DNA of 64,000 nucleotides from Pyrinomonadaceae bacterium (lineage in GTDB: Bacteria > Acidobacteriota > Blastocatellia > Pyrinomonadales > Pyrinomonadaceae): contig DASVWB010000086.1 in NCBI GenBank assembly GCA_036389815.1, forward strand, positions 7,031-71,030. The letters are read 5' to 3'. This document shows positions 18,149 through 26,265 of this stretch, piece after piece; the stretch's first letter is position 1; each line of letters begins with the position of its first letter. The notes under the pieces were generated by a model. It did no database searches, was not told the origin of the DNA, and saw nothing but the letters and a program-made list of their open reading frames with translations. Made by a program: the position numbers and the translations under genes.

Positions 18149-19300
18149 TCAGAAGCTGACGCCGAGCAGCATGTGCAGCTCTTTGACCCCTCCCTTCTCG
18201 GTCTCGATTCTGAGCCCGATGTTTCCTATGAAGTCCCCGACCTTGAAGTTCTCCGCGGCGAAGGCGATGGTGGTCACCTTCGTCACCGCATCCTTCGAGA
18301 ACTCCCACGTCAGGGTGCCGTTGTCCTTGAGGATGAACTTGCCGCTCAGGACGAGCCGGTTCTCCTTCACGACCCCGTTGCTCTTCTTGTACGAGTAGCG
18401 GAAGGCGAGCTTGATCTGCGTGCCGCCGATGTCGTGCTCGAAGTTGCCGCCGATCACGAGACTGGTGCCCGGCGTGGCGCCGTCGTTCTTGAGCAGGACG
18501 AACTCCAAATCGCCGGTGCCCTTCTCCGTGCGGTAGGCCGCCTGGATGGTGATGGTGGTCGAGGTGACGAGGTCTTTGCCCGTCCCCGCCTGCTGCCGGT
18601 CGAGCTTGTAGGTGATGGTGCCCTTCGCCCCGAGCTTCAACTCGCCGGTGAACTGGAGCCTGCGCGTCTTCCCGTTCTTGTCGTAGTCGTAGACGAGCTG
18701 GTTCACCGAGCGGTCGAACATGACGCCTTCGGGCAGGGAGAAGTCGCCGCTCTTCTTCCCCGTGTAGTGGAAGGTCATGATCTGTTTGCCGTTGGAGTTG
18801 ACGCCCGACCAGCTCCCGGCGAAGGTGAGCGTGTAGAGTTCCACGTCGCCCGCCTTCGGCAGGAACTTGTAGTTGAAGCGGCTCCGGTTGTCCTCGACGT
18901 GCCCGTCGATGGTCGAGGTCACGGTGCCGAGCTTGATCGTCAGGTCGTGGCCGGGCGTCATGCCCCACTGGCCGTTGAGGTTGAAGCCGAAGGTCTTGGA
19001 GCGATCCGGCATCACGACCAGCGCGGCGTTATCGATCTTGTAGAGCGGGATGACGCCGGACACCGCGTGAAAGTTGACGAGGCGGTTGTTGCCGTCGAGC
19101 AGCTCAAGCTGGTTATTGCCGTTGAACTTCCACGTGACGGGGAAGGTCGTCTGCGCGCCCCCGTCTTCGACGACGACGAGCTTGTTCTCGTCGTCGTCGC
19201 TCGTCGTCCACTTGCCGATGCGGTTGCCGCCGCGGCTGACCTCGCCGCTGGTGTCGAAGTCGAACGCCTTGCCGCCTTTTGTCAGTGTAAACTTGGCCAT
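18149..19300 (-). CDS. Hypothetical beta-rich repeat protein without signal peptide; ends in an OMP-like ...LLGVSF
   Basis: 383 aa. A strong RBS (AAGGAG) lies 8 nt before the ATG. The sequence has alternating hydrophobic/polar beta-strand patterns and recurrent G-x-W/F modules (TFPVTWKFNGNNQLELL, TFGFNLNGQWGM, LTFAGSWSGVNSNGK, GTLTWEFSKD). The start lies 51 nt downstream of the Omp85-like gene. Confidence 0.75.
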   Translation of the reverse strand: MAKFTLTKGGKAFDFDTSGEVSRGGNRIGKWTTSDDDENKLVVVEDGGAQTTFPVTWKFNGNNQLELLDGNNRLVNFHAVSGVIPLYKIDNAALVVMPDRSKTFGFNLNGQWGMTPGHDLTIKLGTVTSTIDGHVEDNRSRFNYKFLPKAGDVELYTLTFAGSWSGVNSNGKQIMTFHYTGKKSGDFSLPEGVMFDRSVNQLVYDYDKNGKTRRLQFTGELKLGAKGTITYKLDRQQAGTGKDLVTSTTITIQAAYRTEKGTGDLEFVLLKNDGATPGTSLVIGGNFEHDIGGTQIKLAFRYSYKKSNGVVKENRLVLSGKFILKDNGTLTWEFSKDAVTKVTTIAFAAENFKVGDFIGNIGLRIETEKGGVKELHMLLGVSF

Positions 19301-19351
19301 GTATGGTCTCCTTAACCGATGTTTTAGAGCAACTCTTCCGCCCCCGCCTTG

Positions 19352-22309
19352 TCACCGGATGCGCCGGGGTATTTCGCGCGAGACGGAGAAGTAGAACCGG
19401 CCGCGCCCGCGCCCCGTGGAGGCGGCGTCGCCGATGCCGTAAGCCCAACTCAACCCCAGTTTCGCCCCGCCGTAATCCACTCTCAGCCCGGCCCCGGGGC
19501 CCAGCCTGACGCCGGGCGCCGAGCCGGTGGTTCTATAGATTCCGCCCACGTCCAGAAAGCCGGCGAGCTTCAGCGTCCGGATGATCCGGGCGACCCCCTC
19601 CGCGTCCGGCGAGGTGCCCGGCACGGGCACCTGCACCTCGGTCCTGAGCGCCCACTGCCTTAACCCGATGGCGTCGTCTGCGCGGAAGCCGCGCACCGTC
19701 TCTTCGGAGCCGAACGAGGGCTGTTCGAAGAGCGGCGTCCGGTCGCTGGCGGCGTCGGTGCGGCCGTCGAAGATCAGGTCGCGGTCGCCGGGCAGGTAGA
19801 AGTGCAGCAGGCCGCTCACGCTCAGCACGGCGAAGCCGGGCTGGCCGCCGAGTCCCGGCCCGAGGCGCAGCACGGGCTCGACCTGCCAGGCGGTGTTGAT
19901 GACGCCTTCGGTCGCGCCGGCGTACATCCCGCCGAAGCTGAGAGTCGTGAGGTTCTGCTTCAGGTCTACGGCCTCCCCGCGTTCGAGTTGCACCGTCTCG
20001 CGTTTGGCCTCCATGAAGAAGTTGAGGCGCGTCGGCTGCGTCTTCCAATCGGTCGAGATGCGGAAGGAGCCGCCCGTGCGCCGCTCGTCGAGCCGCACGC
20101 CGTTGAGGATGCGCTTGGCTAACGTGTCGGAGAAGCCCCGCACGCTGAACGGGAAGGTGTGATAGAAGCTGTTACGGAACAGGTCTTGGCTCTCGTACTC
20201 GCCGGAGACCAGCACGCCGGCGTCGCCGCCGAGTCGAACCCGGAAGTCGTCCTTCCCCGAGAGCTTGCGCGAATAGAGCCCGTAGGCGCGGACGCCCTGG
20301 CCGGGCCGGTAGACCAGCTCGCCCCCAATGAAGTTGTTCCTCGGCTTCGAGACCGGGGCTTTTCCCTTCTTGTTGCCTGCCCCTGCCTTCTTTTGGGGCC
20401 GGGGCTGTTCGGCCGGCGCGGTCGTGCCTGAGGCGGCCGCGCCCGGCGGCGGCGTGCCGCCCGGCGTGGCCTCGGGGCTCGGCGTCGGGGCGGCCGCGTC
20501 GCCTTCGGGCGGCGTCTCTTTCGCGTGCTCCTTGTCAATGTTCTTGATGAGCGATTCGTTGCCGGCGTCGCTCTTCACGACGATGATCTTGACGAACAGC
20601 GGGACGTTCTTCTCCCGCTCGTCCCCCTCGTCCTCGTCGGCCGCCTCGTCCTCGCCCTCGGCCTTCGGGGGCGACGGGTCGTAGGCTTCGACGGTGGACG
20701 CGAAACCACTGTCCTTCAGCCCGGCCGCCTGCAAGCGCCAGTTGATTAGATTCAGGTAGGGCAGTTTGTCCGCCCCGCCGCGCAGGTCCTGGTATTTGAG
20801 CTGCACGCACTCGACCTCGGGCTGGCGCTCCTCGGGGGTAGCCGAAGGTTGCGCCCCGCCGCCGCCGCCCGCCCCGGCGTTCTTCCCGGCCTGACCCGCC
20901 GGGGTGCCCTCACACTTGGTCATCAGCTTGGGGTTCCGGCGGTAAGCCCTCAGCTCTGCGTCGGTGAGGAGTTCCCGCAGGGCGACCCTGAAGTCCTTCT
21001 CCTCCATGTGGCCGAGAAACTCGATGCGGCCGACGTGCGGGACGTAGGGAATCCTTATCACCTTCGGCTCGTCGAAGGGCTCCTGCTTGCAGACCTCCAG
21101 CGGGTTGGTGGCTTCGGCCGTCCGCTCGTACCCGGAGCGCCCGCGGATGAAGTAGTCGTTGATGTAGGCTTCAAGCCTCTTGCACTCCCAGAGCTGGCCT
21201 TTCAGCGGGGAGAGGATTTTGACGACCCTCTTGTCCGAAGGGGTGATGAAGGCCGCGCCGGGCACGTCGCCGGCCGGCTCCGGGACGACGATTTTATAAT
21301 CGCCCGTCTTCGTCAGGTCGCCGATGGGGTCGGCGACGTGCAAGGAGATTCTGCCCCGCGCGTCGTCGGCCTCGTCGATTTCCAGGCCCTGAGGGTTGAA
21401 ACTGACGATGGCGGTGTTGATGAGCACCCTCCCGCCCAGCAACTGTGAGAGGTACGACTTCAGCGCCACGTGCGGCACGCCTTCCCGCTTCTGCTCGTCC
21501 GTCACCGCCCGCGAATCGTTCCAGTCGTTATAGACTTTGAGGAACCCGGCCCAGGTGCCGACCGCCTTCTTGTCCGCGCCCGGGTACCCGCTGACTGCCT
21601 TGCGCTGCTTCTCGTTGGCGGGCGGCGTCATGCGCGGCGGGTCGTCGAGGTTCTTGTCGCGCCGCTCCTCGCGCTCTTTCTTTTTGGCCAGCAACTGCTC
21701 TCTCTCCGCCTCGCTCACCCCCTGCAAAACCTTCTCCTGCTCCTCGTCGGGAAGGTACGCGAAGAAATCTCTCCTCTCCGCGGGAGTCAGGTCGCCGAGG
21801 ACTGTCTGTTGGAGCGCGCCCGTCATGTACGGGAAATATTTTTTCTTTAACTCCGCGGCCTTGGCCCCCGTCGTGTCGAGCGGCATCGTCCCGATGAGTT
21901 CGACGCGCTCGTCGGCGGGGAGTGAGGTCAACAGCTCCTCCTGCTCTTTGTCGAGCAGGGGCAGCAGGTAGAAGCGCGGCAGCGAGCGGAGCGCTTTGTC
22001 CAGGTTGTCGAGGAGGTGACTCTCCACCCTCCGCTGCTTCGGCCCGCCCTCGAAGCCGGCGAGGCACTTGAAGCGGTCGGACGGCGTGAACCCGCCCTGA
22101 CTCAATTTTTTGTCCACCGCGAGCCGCCCGCCCTCCACCTTGAGCACGGCTTTCAAGGTGCTCTGGTTCTTGTCGGCGCCGCACCTCGGGTCGGCCGACC
22201 CGGGCGCGGCCGCCACTTGCCGGCGCGCGTGCGCGCCCGCCGGGCCGAACAGCATCGCCAACGTGAACAGTACCGAGACCGCGCCTGCCGCGCGCTTGAA
22301 GAGAATCAT
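19352..22309 (-). CDS. Omp85-superfamily outer-membrane barrel protein with a long atypical N-terminal region
   Basis: The ATG at 22309 gives a signal peptide (MILFKRAAGAVSVLFTLAMLFGPAGAHA). The C-terminal ~330 aa has Omp85/bacterial-surface-antigen features, including the loop-6 motif VRGFRADD and terminal strands (LGLSWAYGIG...GRFYFSVS). The N-terminal ~650 aa contains charged and low-complexity segments rather than obvious POTRA repeats. Confidence 0.7.
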   Translation of the reverse strand: MILFKRAAGAVSVLFTLAMLFGPAGAHARRQVAAAPGSADPRCGADKNQSTLKAVLKVEGGRLAVDKKLSQGGFTPSDRFKCLAGFEGGPKQRRVESHLLDNLDKALRSLPRFYLLPLLDKEQEELLTSLPADERVELIGTMPLDTTGAKAAELKKKYFPYMTGALQQTVLGDLTPAERRDFFAYLPDEEQEKVLQGVSEAEREQLLAKKKEREERRDKNLDDPPRMTPPANEKQRKAVSGYPGADKKAVGTWAGFLKVYNDWNDSRAVTDEQKREGVPHVALKSYLSQLLGGRVLINTAIVSFNPQGLEIDEADDARGRISLHVADPIGDLTKTGDYKIVVPEPAGDVPGAAFITPSDKRVVKILSPLKGQLWECKRLEAYINDYFIRGRSGYERTAEATNPLEVCKQEPFDEPKVIRIPYVPHVGRIEFLGHMEEKDFRVALRELLTDAELRAYRRNPKLMTKCEGTPAGQAGKNAGAGGGGGAQPSATPEERQPEVECVQLKYQDLRGGADKLPYLNLINWRLQAAGLKDSGFASTVEAYDPSPPKAEGEDEAADEDEGDEREKNVPLFVKIIVVKSDAGNESLIKNIDKEHAKETPPEGDAAAPTPSPEATPGGTPPPGAAASGTTAPAEQPRPQKKAGAGNKKGKAPVSKPRNNFIGGELVYRPGQGVRAYGLYSRKLSGKDDFRVRLGGDAGVLVSGEYESQDLFRNSFYHTFPFSVRGFSDTLAKRILNGVRLDERRTGGSFRISTDWKTQPTRLNFFMEAKRETVQLERGEAVDLKQNLTTLSFGGMYAGATEGVINTAWQVEPVLRLGPGLGGQPGFAVLSVSGLLHFYLPGDRDLIFDGRTDAASDRTPLFEQPSFGSEETVRGFRADDAIGLRQWALRTEVQVPVPGTSPDAEGVARIIRTLKLAGFLDVGGIYRTTGSAPGVRLGPGAGLRVDYGGAKLGLSWAYGIGDAASTGRGRGRFYFSVSREIPRRIR

Positions 22310-22486
22310 GATGACACTTTTCCCTCGGCCGTTCGGCGGCCGGCGGTTAGGGGTAAAGGCGTGCACGACTCCGAGACCCTCCCGCAAGACGCCTCCGGCC
22401 TTTGCAGGTGGTTAGGCAACCGGGTCAGGAGTGCATTCGGAATTTGAAACGGCTGAGCGCCTGTCCGGCGCGCGGGGCCAGGGCCC

Positions 22487-22680
22487 TCAAGACGTGTGGC
22501 ACCCGGGAGACTCGCCCAGGGCATAGGGCGACGTGCGGAATACGGAGTGCGGGGGCGCCTCCGACCCGAAGTCTTTGTTATCGTTCCCCGCCGCCGCCAC
22601 CAGCAGCACGCCCCTGTTACCCGGCAGGCCGTCCTTAATCCTGTTGACCAGGGCCCGTGTAGACGGCCGAATAATTACGC
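22487..22680 (-). pseudogene. Fragment of an S8 peptidase gene (internal piece only)
   Basis: Manual minus-strand translation gives ...STRALVNRIKDGLPGNRGVLLVAAAGNDNKDFGSEAPPHSVFRTSPYALGES...*. The VLLVAAAGND segment is the subtilase oxyanion-Asn region. An in-frame TAA lies just upstream. There is no start codon and no His or Ser regions. Confidence 0.5.
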
Positions 22681-23069
22681 GGATTTAATGTAAAAACTGC
22701 TGCAATCGGAAGGACTGAGCGCCCGTTCCAACCCGCCTCACGTGATGGTGAATACGAGATTAGTTATAGAGCTTTCGTCAACTACTTCTCCCCCAACGTG
22801 AGAGGTAAGCTGACCGAGACCTTATCAAGGGTGGAGATTTTATGAAGCTAAGTCGGTGTAGATGAAACTTGAAGAACTGCGCCACTAACCACGACGTTGG
22901 AGGGGGCACTCTAGTATGTTTTAAATTGACCGTCAAGGGTCTGCGTCCCGACTCATGTGTCAGTTTCCAATCTGGTGTGCCCGTGTTCCGTGTCCGGCCT
23001 TCACAAGTACCCGTCCGAGCACTTCCAATCGTAAATGTGACTGTGCGTAAAAACATTTCACCAAATTTC

Positions 23070-23267
23070 GGCCCTGTTGCAACAATCAACTCCGGGCAAT
23101 AATCTTCTGTTGAGTTCGTCCACCATCTTTCCAGAAACATACTCCCGAAGCAGACTAAGTTCCCGTTCGAGTGGCAGCACTTCGAGCCGCCACTCGCCCT
23201 TTAATATGTCCGTTGGCGTTGCAGGTGTCGGCTCTCCTACCGTGACTTGAAAGAGATGACACGGGCC
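23070..23267 (+). mobile_element. IS6-family insertion-sequence remnant: left terminal repeat plus truncated, stop-interrupted transposase N-terminus
   Basis: GGCCCTGTTGCAAC at 23070-23083 matches the IS26-type terminal repeat GGCACTGTTGCAAA at 12 of 14 positions. About 70 nt downstream the frame reads ...KFPFEWQHFEPPLAL*YVRWRCRCRLSYRDLKEMT. Compare IS26 Tnp26, FKGRHFQRDIILWAVRWYCKYGISYRELQEML. There is an in-frame TAA at 23202-23204, no ATG, and the similarity ends near 23261. No DDE region or right end was seen. Confidence 0.6.
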
Positions 23268-23529
23268 TCCCCTAAGCCGAGAGGTAGTCCAGCAGCGCCT
23301 CCCTCACCTCCCTGCTCCGGTAGTCCGCGTCTTTCGCCCTGTACTCCAGCACAAGCGTCTCGCCGATTCCGGGTCTAACCGCCCAAGAGGGTGCCGGCGC
23401 CGCGCAGGCGACCCGCAAATCGCTCCGGGCGGGCACGAGGGCGGTTTATGGCTCTTTATCATCCATAAATCTACCATCGTCTTAAGGGCACACAACTAGC
23501 CCGTTTGTGTGTCCAACAGTCAAATCCGC

Positions 23530-23558
23530 TTGAATATTACTTATCCTAAATGTAGTAT
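23530..23558 (+). promoter_or_regulatory. Sigma70-like promoter candidate (TTGAAT-N17-TAGTAT) for the ParB-HTH-like gene
   Basis: TTGAAT at 23530-23535, a 17-nt spacer, then TAGTAT at 23553-23558 (followed by AA), all within an A+T-rich patch. Confidence 0.35.
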
Positions 23559-23604
23559 AAACGTCTGTGTAACATTATTCCTACAACGGAGTTGCTATCA
23601 GACG

Positions 23605-24405
23605 TTGAGAGCGACAAGACGCCGGCAACGTAAAGCTGACCCGCTGGCCTCGCCTGCGCTCGTCCGCTCGATAACCGAGGAGCTGCGCTCGTCGCTACCA
23701 GACCTCATCCCACAGAAAGATAAGGAGTTGGTGCGAATGCTCCGCGCCGCGCGCCACGCGCTACGCTACCCGGCCACACGTACTGATCGCGGGCGCCCCG
23801 GTAGATGGAAGCGCGAGGAACTACTCAAGGTCGCAGCGTGCCTGGGCGACATCCTCGACCGTGAAACATCCTCGCATACCTCCTTCGCTAGCTTCGTCGA
23901 TCACTACCTGCGGCTGCCCGACTTCCCTTCCGACGTGGTCGAGGCGCTTGAGAAGGGAGACATAAACCTTTTCGAGGCCGAGCAACTCGCCCGCGTCACC
24001 GCCAAACGCCTTGAGGTCACTTTTGGTCAGGCAAAGCGCACACGCGCCGAGCTGCTTTCCTCCCATCTGCAAACGAAAGCCTCGGGCGAGAAGCTCCGGC
24101 AGCGGGTGAATGAGCTGCTCCGCTCTTGGGCCGCCGAAACAGAAAAGAGCACGGGCGGCGAATTAAATGCTGAATTAAAGGATTTGGAGGATTTTGACCC
24201 TTACGACTCCACTCACCTGTTCTGGGAACAGCTCAAGCAACTGGGTTTTGCCTTTAGGGAGATACGAAGGGAGGACGTGACCGACGAGGAGGTCGAGGAG
24301 CTTTTGAAGGCCAGCGAGCCGATTCTGGCGATTCTGAGCAGAATTCAGCGACGTAAAGAGCAGTCGAAGGTCGTTAAAGTTCGGCTCAGAGAAACGCCCG
24401 TTTAG
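23605..24405 (+). CDS. ParB/KorB-HTH-like DNA-binding protein (no ParB N-terminal domain recognised)
   Basis: LPDFPSDVVEALEKGDINLFEAEQLARV resembles the ParB HTH segment (LPxxVxxALxxGxIsxGHAraL). The track ORF starts at 23509 inside the A+T-rich promoter-like DNA. High GC3 coding signal begins near the TTG at 23605, which I use. The start is uncertain. Confidence 0.45.
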   Translation: MRATRRRQRKADPLASPALVRSITEELRSSLPDLIPQKDKELVRMLRAARHALRYPATRTDRGRPGRWKREELLKVAACLGDILDRETSSHTSFASFVDHYLRLPDFPSDVVEALEKGDINLFEAEQLARVTAKRLEVTFGQAKRTRAELLSSHLQTKASGEKLRQRVNELLRSWAAETEKSTGGELNAELKDLEDFDPYDSTHLFWEQLKQLGFAFREIRREDVTDEEVEELLKASEPILAILSRIQRRKEQSKVVKVRLRETPV

Positions 24406-24417
24406 TAACGGCGAGCC

Positions 24418-24464
24418 ACCCCTGCATTCATAATTGCAGCCCCTGTAACGAAGATTGCAGGGGT
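24418..24464. repeat. Two dyad repeats (CCCCTGCA-N8-TGCAG / CCCCTG-N-TGCAGGGG) between convergent genes
   Basis: The sequence is ACCCCTGCATTCATAATTGCAGCCCCTGTAACGAAGATTGCAGGGGT. It uses the same motif as the array at 26172-26426. Confidence 0.8.
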
Positions 24465-24465
24465 G

Positions 24466-25086
24466 TCATTTACCTTCTTCACCCCCGATGTGATACCGGC
24501 GGTTGAGTCCGGCCGTCGGCGTCTGGGGCGTAAGAAAGAGGCGAAACACAGTTCCCTTCTTAGTCGGGGTGTTAAAGATTTCCGGCCGCTCGATAAAGCC
24601 CAGCATCTCTAACTGTGCTACCACGTTATAACACTGGCGCTCTTTCAACCCCGCCGCCGCCGCCAACTTGGGCATAGAAGTGAAACATTCCGTCCGACCC
24701 GCCCCGTACGTCACGTCAAAGAGCGCGCGACAGACGCTCATCTGCCCCGACCGCAGAATCGGTGCCCATCGCTTGGAGAATTCCCCGAACAAAGCCCCGG
24801 CATCACCTTCGGGGGTCGATGTTGCGGACGTGAACACCCCTGCAACATTCTGTGCAGGGGCGTCTTGAGCAGCGACATTTACGCGCCTTGCCACCCCTGC
24901 ACCTTTCTTTGCAGGGGTGTCTTGTGCCTGAAGGGGCGGCTCGACGAGGGCCTCCTCCTGGGCCTTGGCTTCGCGGAGAATCTCACGGAGCGGGTTGACC
25001 TCGACGACGCGCGGCGGGCGGTCGGGTAAGCGGAATTTGCTTCGGCCCGCCACTCTCCTCTCAGGTTTTGGTTTCGGCTCGGCCAT
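24466..25086 (-). CDS. Putative centromere-binding partner of ParA (winged-helix-like C-terminus)
   Basis: 206 aa. Its ATG overlaps the ParA stop (ATGA at 25086), implying translational coupling. The C-terminal half (MPKLAAAAGLKERQCYNVVAQLEMLGFIERPE...GTVFRL) looks like a wHTH. This position is normally occupied by ParB or ParG analogues. No family recognised. Confidence 0.45.
   Translation of the reverse strand: MAEPKPKPERRVAGRSKFRLPDRPPRVVEVNPLREILREAKAQEEALVEPPLQAQDTPAKKGAGVARRVNVAAQDAPAQNVAGVFTSATSTPEGDAGALFGEFSKRWAPILRSGQMSVCRALFDVTYGAGRTECFTSMPKLAAAAGLKERQCYNVVAQLEMLGFIERPEIFNTPTKKGTVFRLFLTPQTPTAGLNRRYHIGGEEGK
24835..24919. repeat. Two copies of the CCCCTGCA-N8-TGCAGGGG dyad embedded in the 206-aa CDS
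   Basis: ACCCCTGCAACATTCTGTGCAGGGG lies at 24835-24860 and ACCCCTGCACCTTTCTTTGCAGGGGTG at 24893-24919. On the coding strand they translate to the repeated peptides APAQNVAGV and TPAKKGAGV. Confidence 0.8.
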
Positions 25087-25901
25087 CAGGCACGCGTCTC
25101 CTCAACCGCCAGTTTGAGCTTGCCCTTGCTCTTGCGGGCGCCGAGCCGCTTCAGGACCTCGTCCGTCAACTCGCCGTAGAGCACCGCGCCGCGCGAGCCC
25201 GGCGCATAAAGCTGCACGGGCTGGTGGAATGCCGGCGACTCCTCCAGCTTGACGTTGCGGTGAATGATCGTCTCGAACACCTTCTGGCCGTAGCGTTCCT
25301 TCAGGCTGCGATAGGATTCGGCCGAGACCGACGTACGACCGTCGAAAAGGGTGCAGACCATACCGAGAAGTTCGAGTTCCGGGTTGGTGCTTCTCACCTC
25401 CTCGAATGTGCTCATCAGGTCGTCGAGTCCGTCTTGTGCTAGCGGCGAAGCGGCCACGGGCACCAGCATGTGAGTGGAGGCCAGGAGCGGCGTAGTCAGG
25501 ATCTGGCCCAAGGTCGGCGGCGTGTCGATGATTACGAAGTCGTACGTCGACGACAGCGGGGTCAGCTTCGACCGGAGGCGGTTGATGGCGATGGCCGGCT
25601 CCTTCTCGAAACGGGCGAAGCGCAGCTTCGACGGTACGAGGTCCAGGTGCTCCATCTCCGTGGTAACGATGGCCGCTTCCAGCGGTAGCTTCTCGCGCTG
25701 CTCTGACTCGATCAACACGTCGGCGATGGAAAGGTCGACCTGGTCGGGCGCCAGGAAATGTGAGGTGACGTTAGCTTGAGGGTCACCGTCAACGAGCAGC
25801 GTCTCGTAGCCGCGCATCGCGAGCTCCGTCGCCACGCAGGCCGCGGTGGTGCTTTTGCCCACGCCGCCTTTCTGGTTTGCGATGGCGATCGTCTTCATCA
25901 C
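25086..25901 (-). CDS. parA: ParA/Soj-family partition ATPase
   Basis: A deviant Walker A motif (IANQKGGVGKSTTA) is followed by LLVDGDPQANVT and IIDTPPTLG. The length of 271 aa fits. The start is the GTG at 25901 or the ATG at 25898. Confidence 0.9.
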   Translation of the reverse strand: MMKTIAIANQKGGVGKSTTAACVATELAMRGYETLLVDGDPQANVTSHFLAPDQVDLSIADVLIESEQREKLPLEAAIVTTEMEHLDLVPSKLRFARFEKEPAIAINRLRSKLTPLSSTYDFVIIDTPPTLGQILTTPLLASTHMLVPVAASPLAQDGLDDLMSTFEEVRSTNPELELLGMVCTLFDGRTSVSAESYRSLKERYGQKVFETIIHRNVKLEESPAFHQPVQLYAPGSRGAVLYGELTDEVLKRLGARKSKGKLKLAVEETRA

Positions 25902-25902
25902 T

Positions 25903-26091
25903 CTACGCGGCCTTCCTCTCCGTCACGAGCATCTCAAGAAGCTTGAGCAGCTTCTGCACCGGGGGCGAAGGGCTCAGTTCCTCGCGCTCGTAACGCGCGA
26001 TAGTGTTCGCCGTGACGCCGACCTCTTCGGCGAGTCTCGCCTGCGTGTATCCCAGCGCCTTGCGTAGCCTCTTTATCTGTTCACCCGTCAT
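25903..26091 (-). CDS. XRE-family helix-turn-helix protein
   Basis: 62 aa. IKRLRKALGYTQARLAEEVGVTANTIARYEREE is a classic Cro/C1-type HTH. It is the first gene of the par operon and its stop abuts the parA start. Confidence 0.8.
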   Translation of the reverse strand: MTGEQIKRLRKALGYTQARLAEEVGVTANTIARYEREELSPSPPVQKLLKLLEMLVTERKAA

Positions 26092-26171
26092 ACAAGGATG
26101 CCCCTTTTATAAAGCCGCTCCACATTACTATACGAAGCGTATATACGTCACGAATATTTAGTGGCGCAAGA

Positions 26172-26216
26172 CCCCTGCAACATCGGCCGCAGCCCCTGCA
26201 TTATCCGTTGCAGGGG
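26172..26216. repeat. Two adjacent dyad repeats upstream of the par operon promoter region
   Basis: The sequence is CCCCTGCAACATCGGCCGCAG followed by CCCCTGCATTATCCGTTGCAGGGG. It lies next to the A+T-rich stretch 26100-26165, which holds candidate -10 boxes (TATATA, TATAGT on the minus strand) and the palindrome CGTATATACG (26138-26147). Confidence 0.8.
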
Positions 26217-26265
26217 TGTCAGTTTAAAATTCCCGCTTGAGAGTCAGCCTCAATATCCGACTACA

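Noticed and set aside
22778-23140. 120-aa minus ORF and the overlapping 77-aa plus ORF in the lower-G+C patch
   Set aside because: Neither has a recognisable motif, an RBS, or the codon bias of neighbouring genes. The minus ORF runs across the IS6-type terminal repeat. I treat the region as decayed or non-coding.
23272-23430. Short minus-strand ORF ending …IGETLVLEYRAKDADYRSREVREALLDYLSA*
   Set aside because: The C-terminal ~30 aa look protein-like, but I cannot assign a family. The possible starts (GTG/TTG) lack an RBS, and it is under 60 aa. It is reported only as context in the decay-zone finding.
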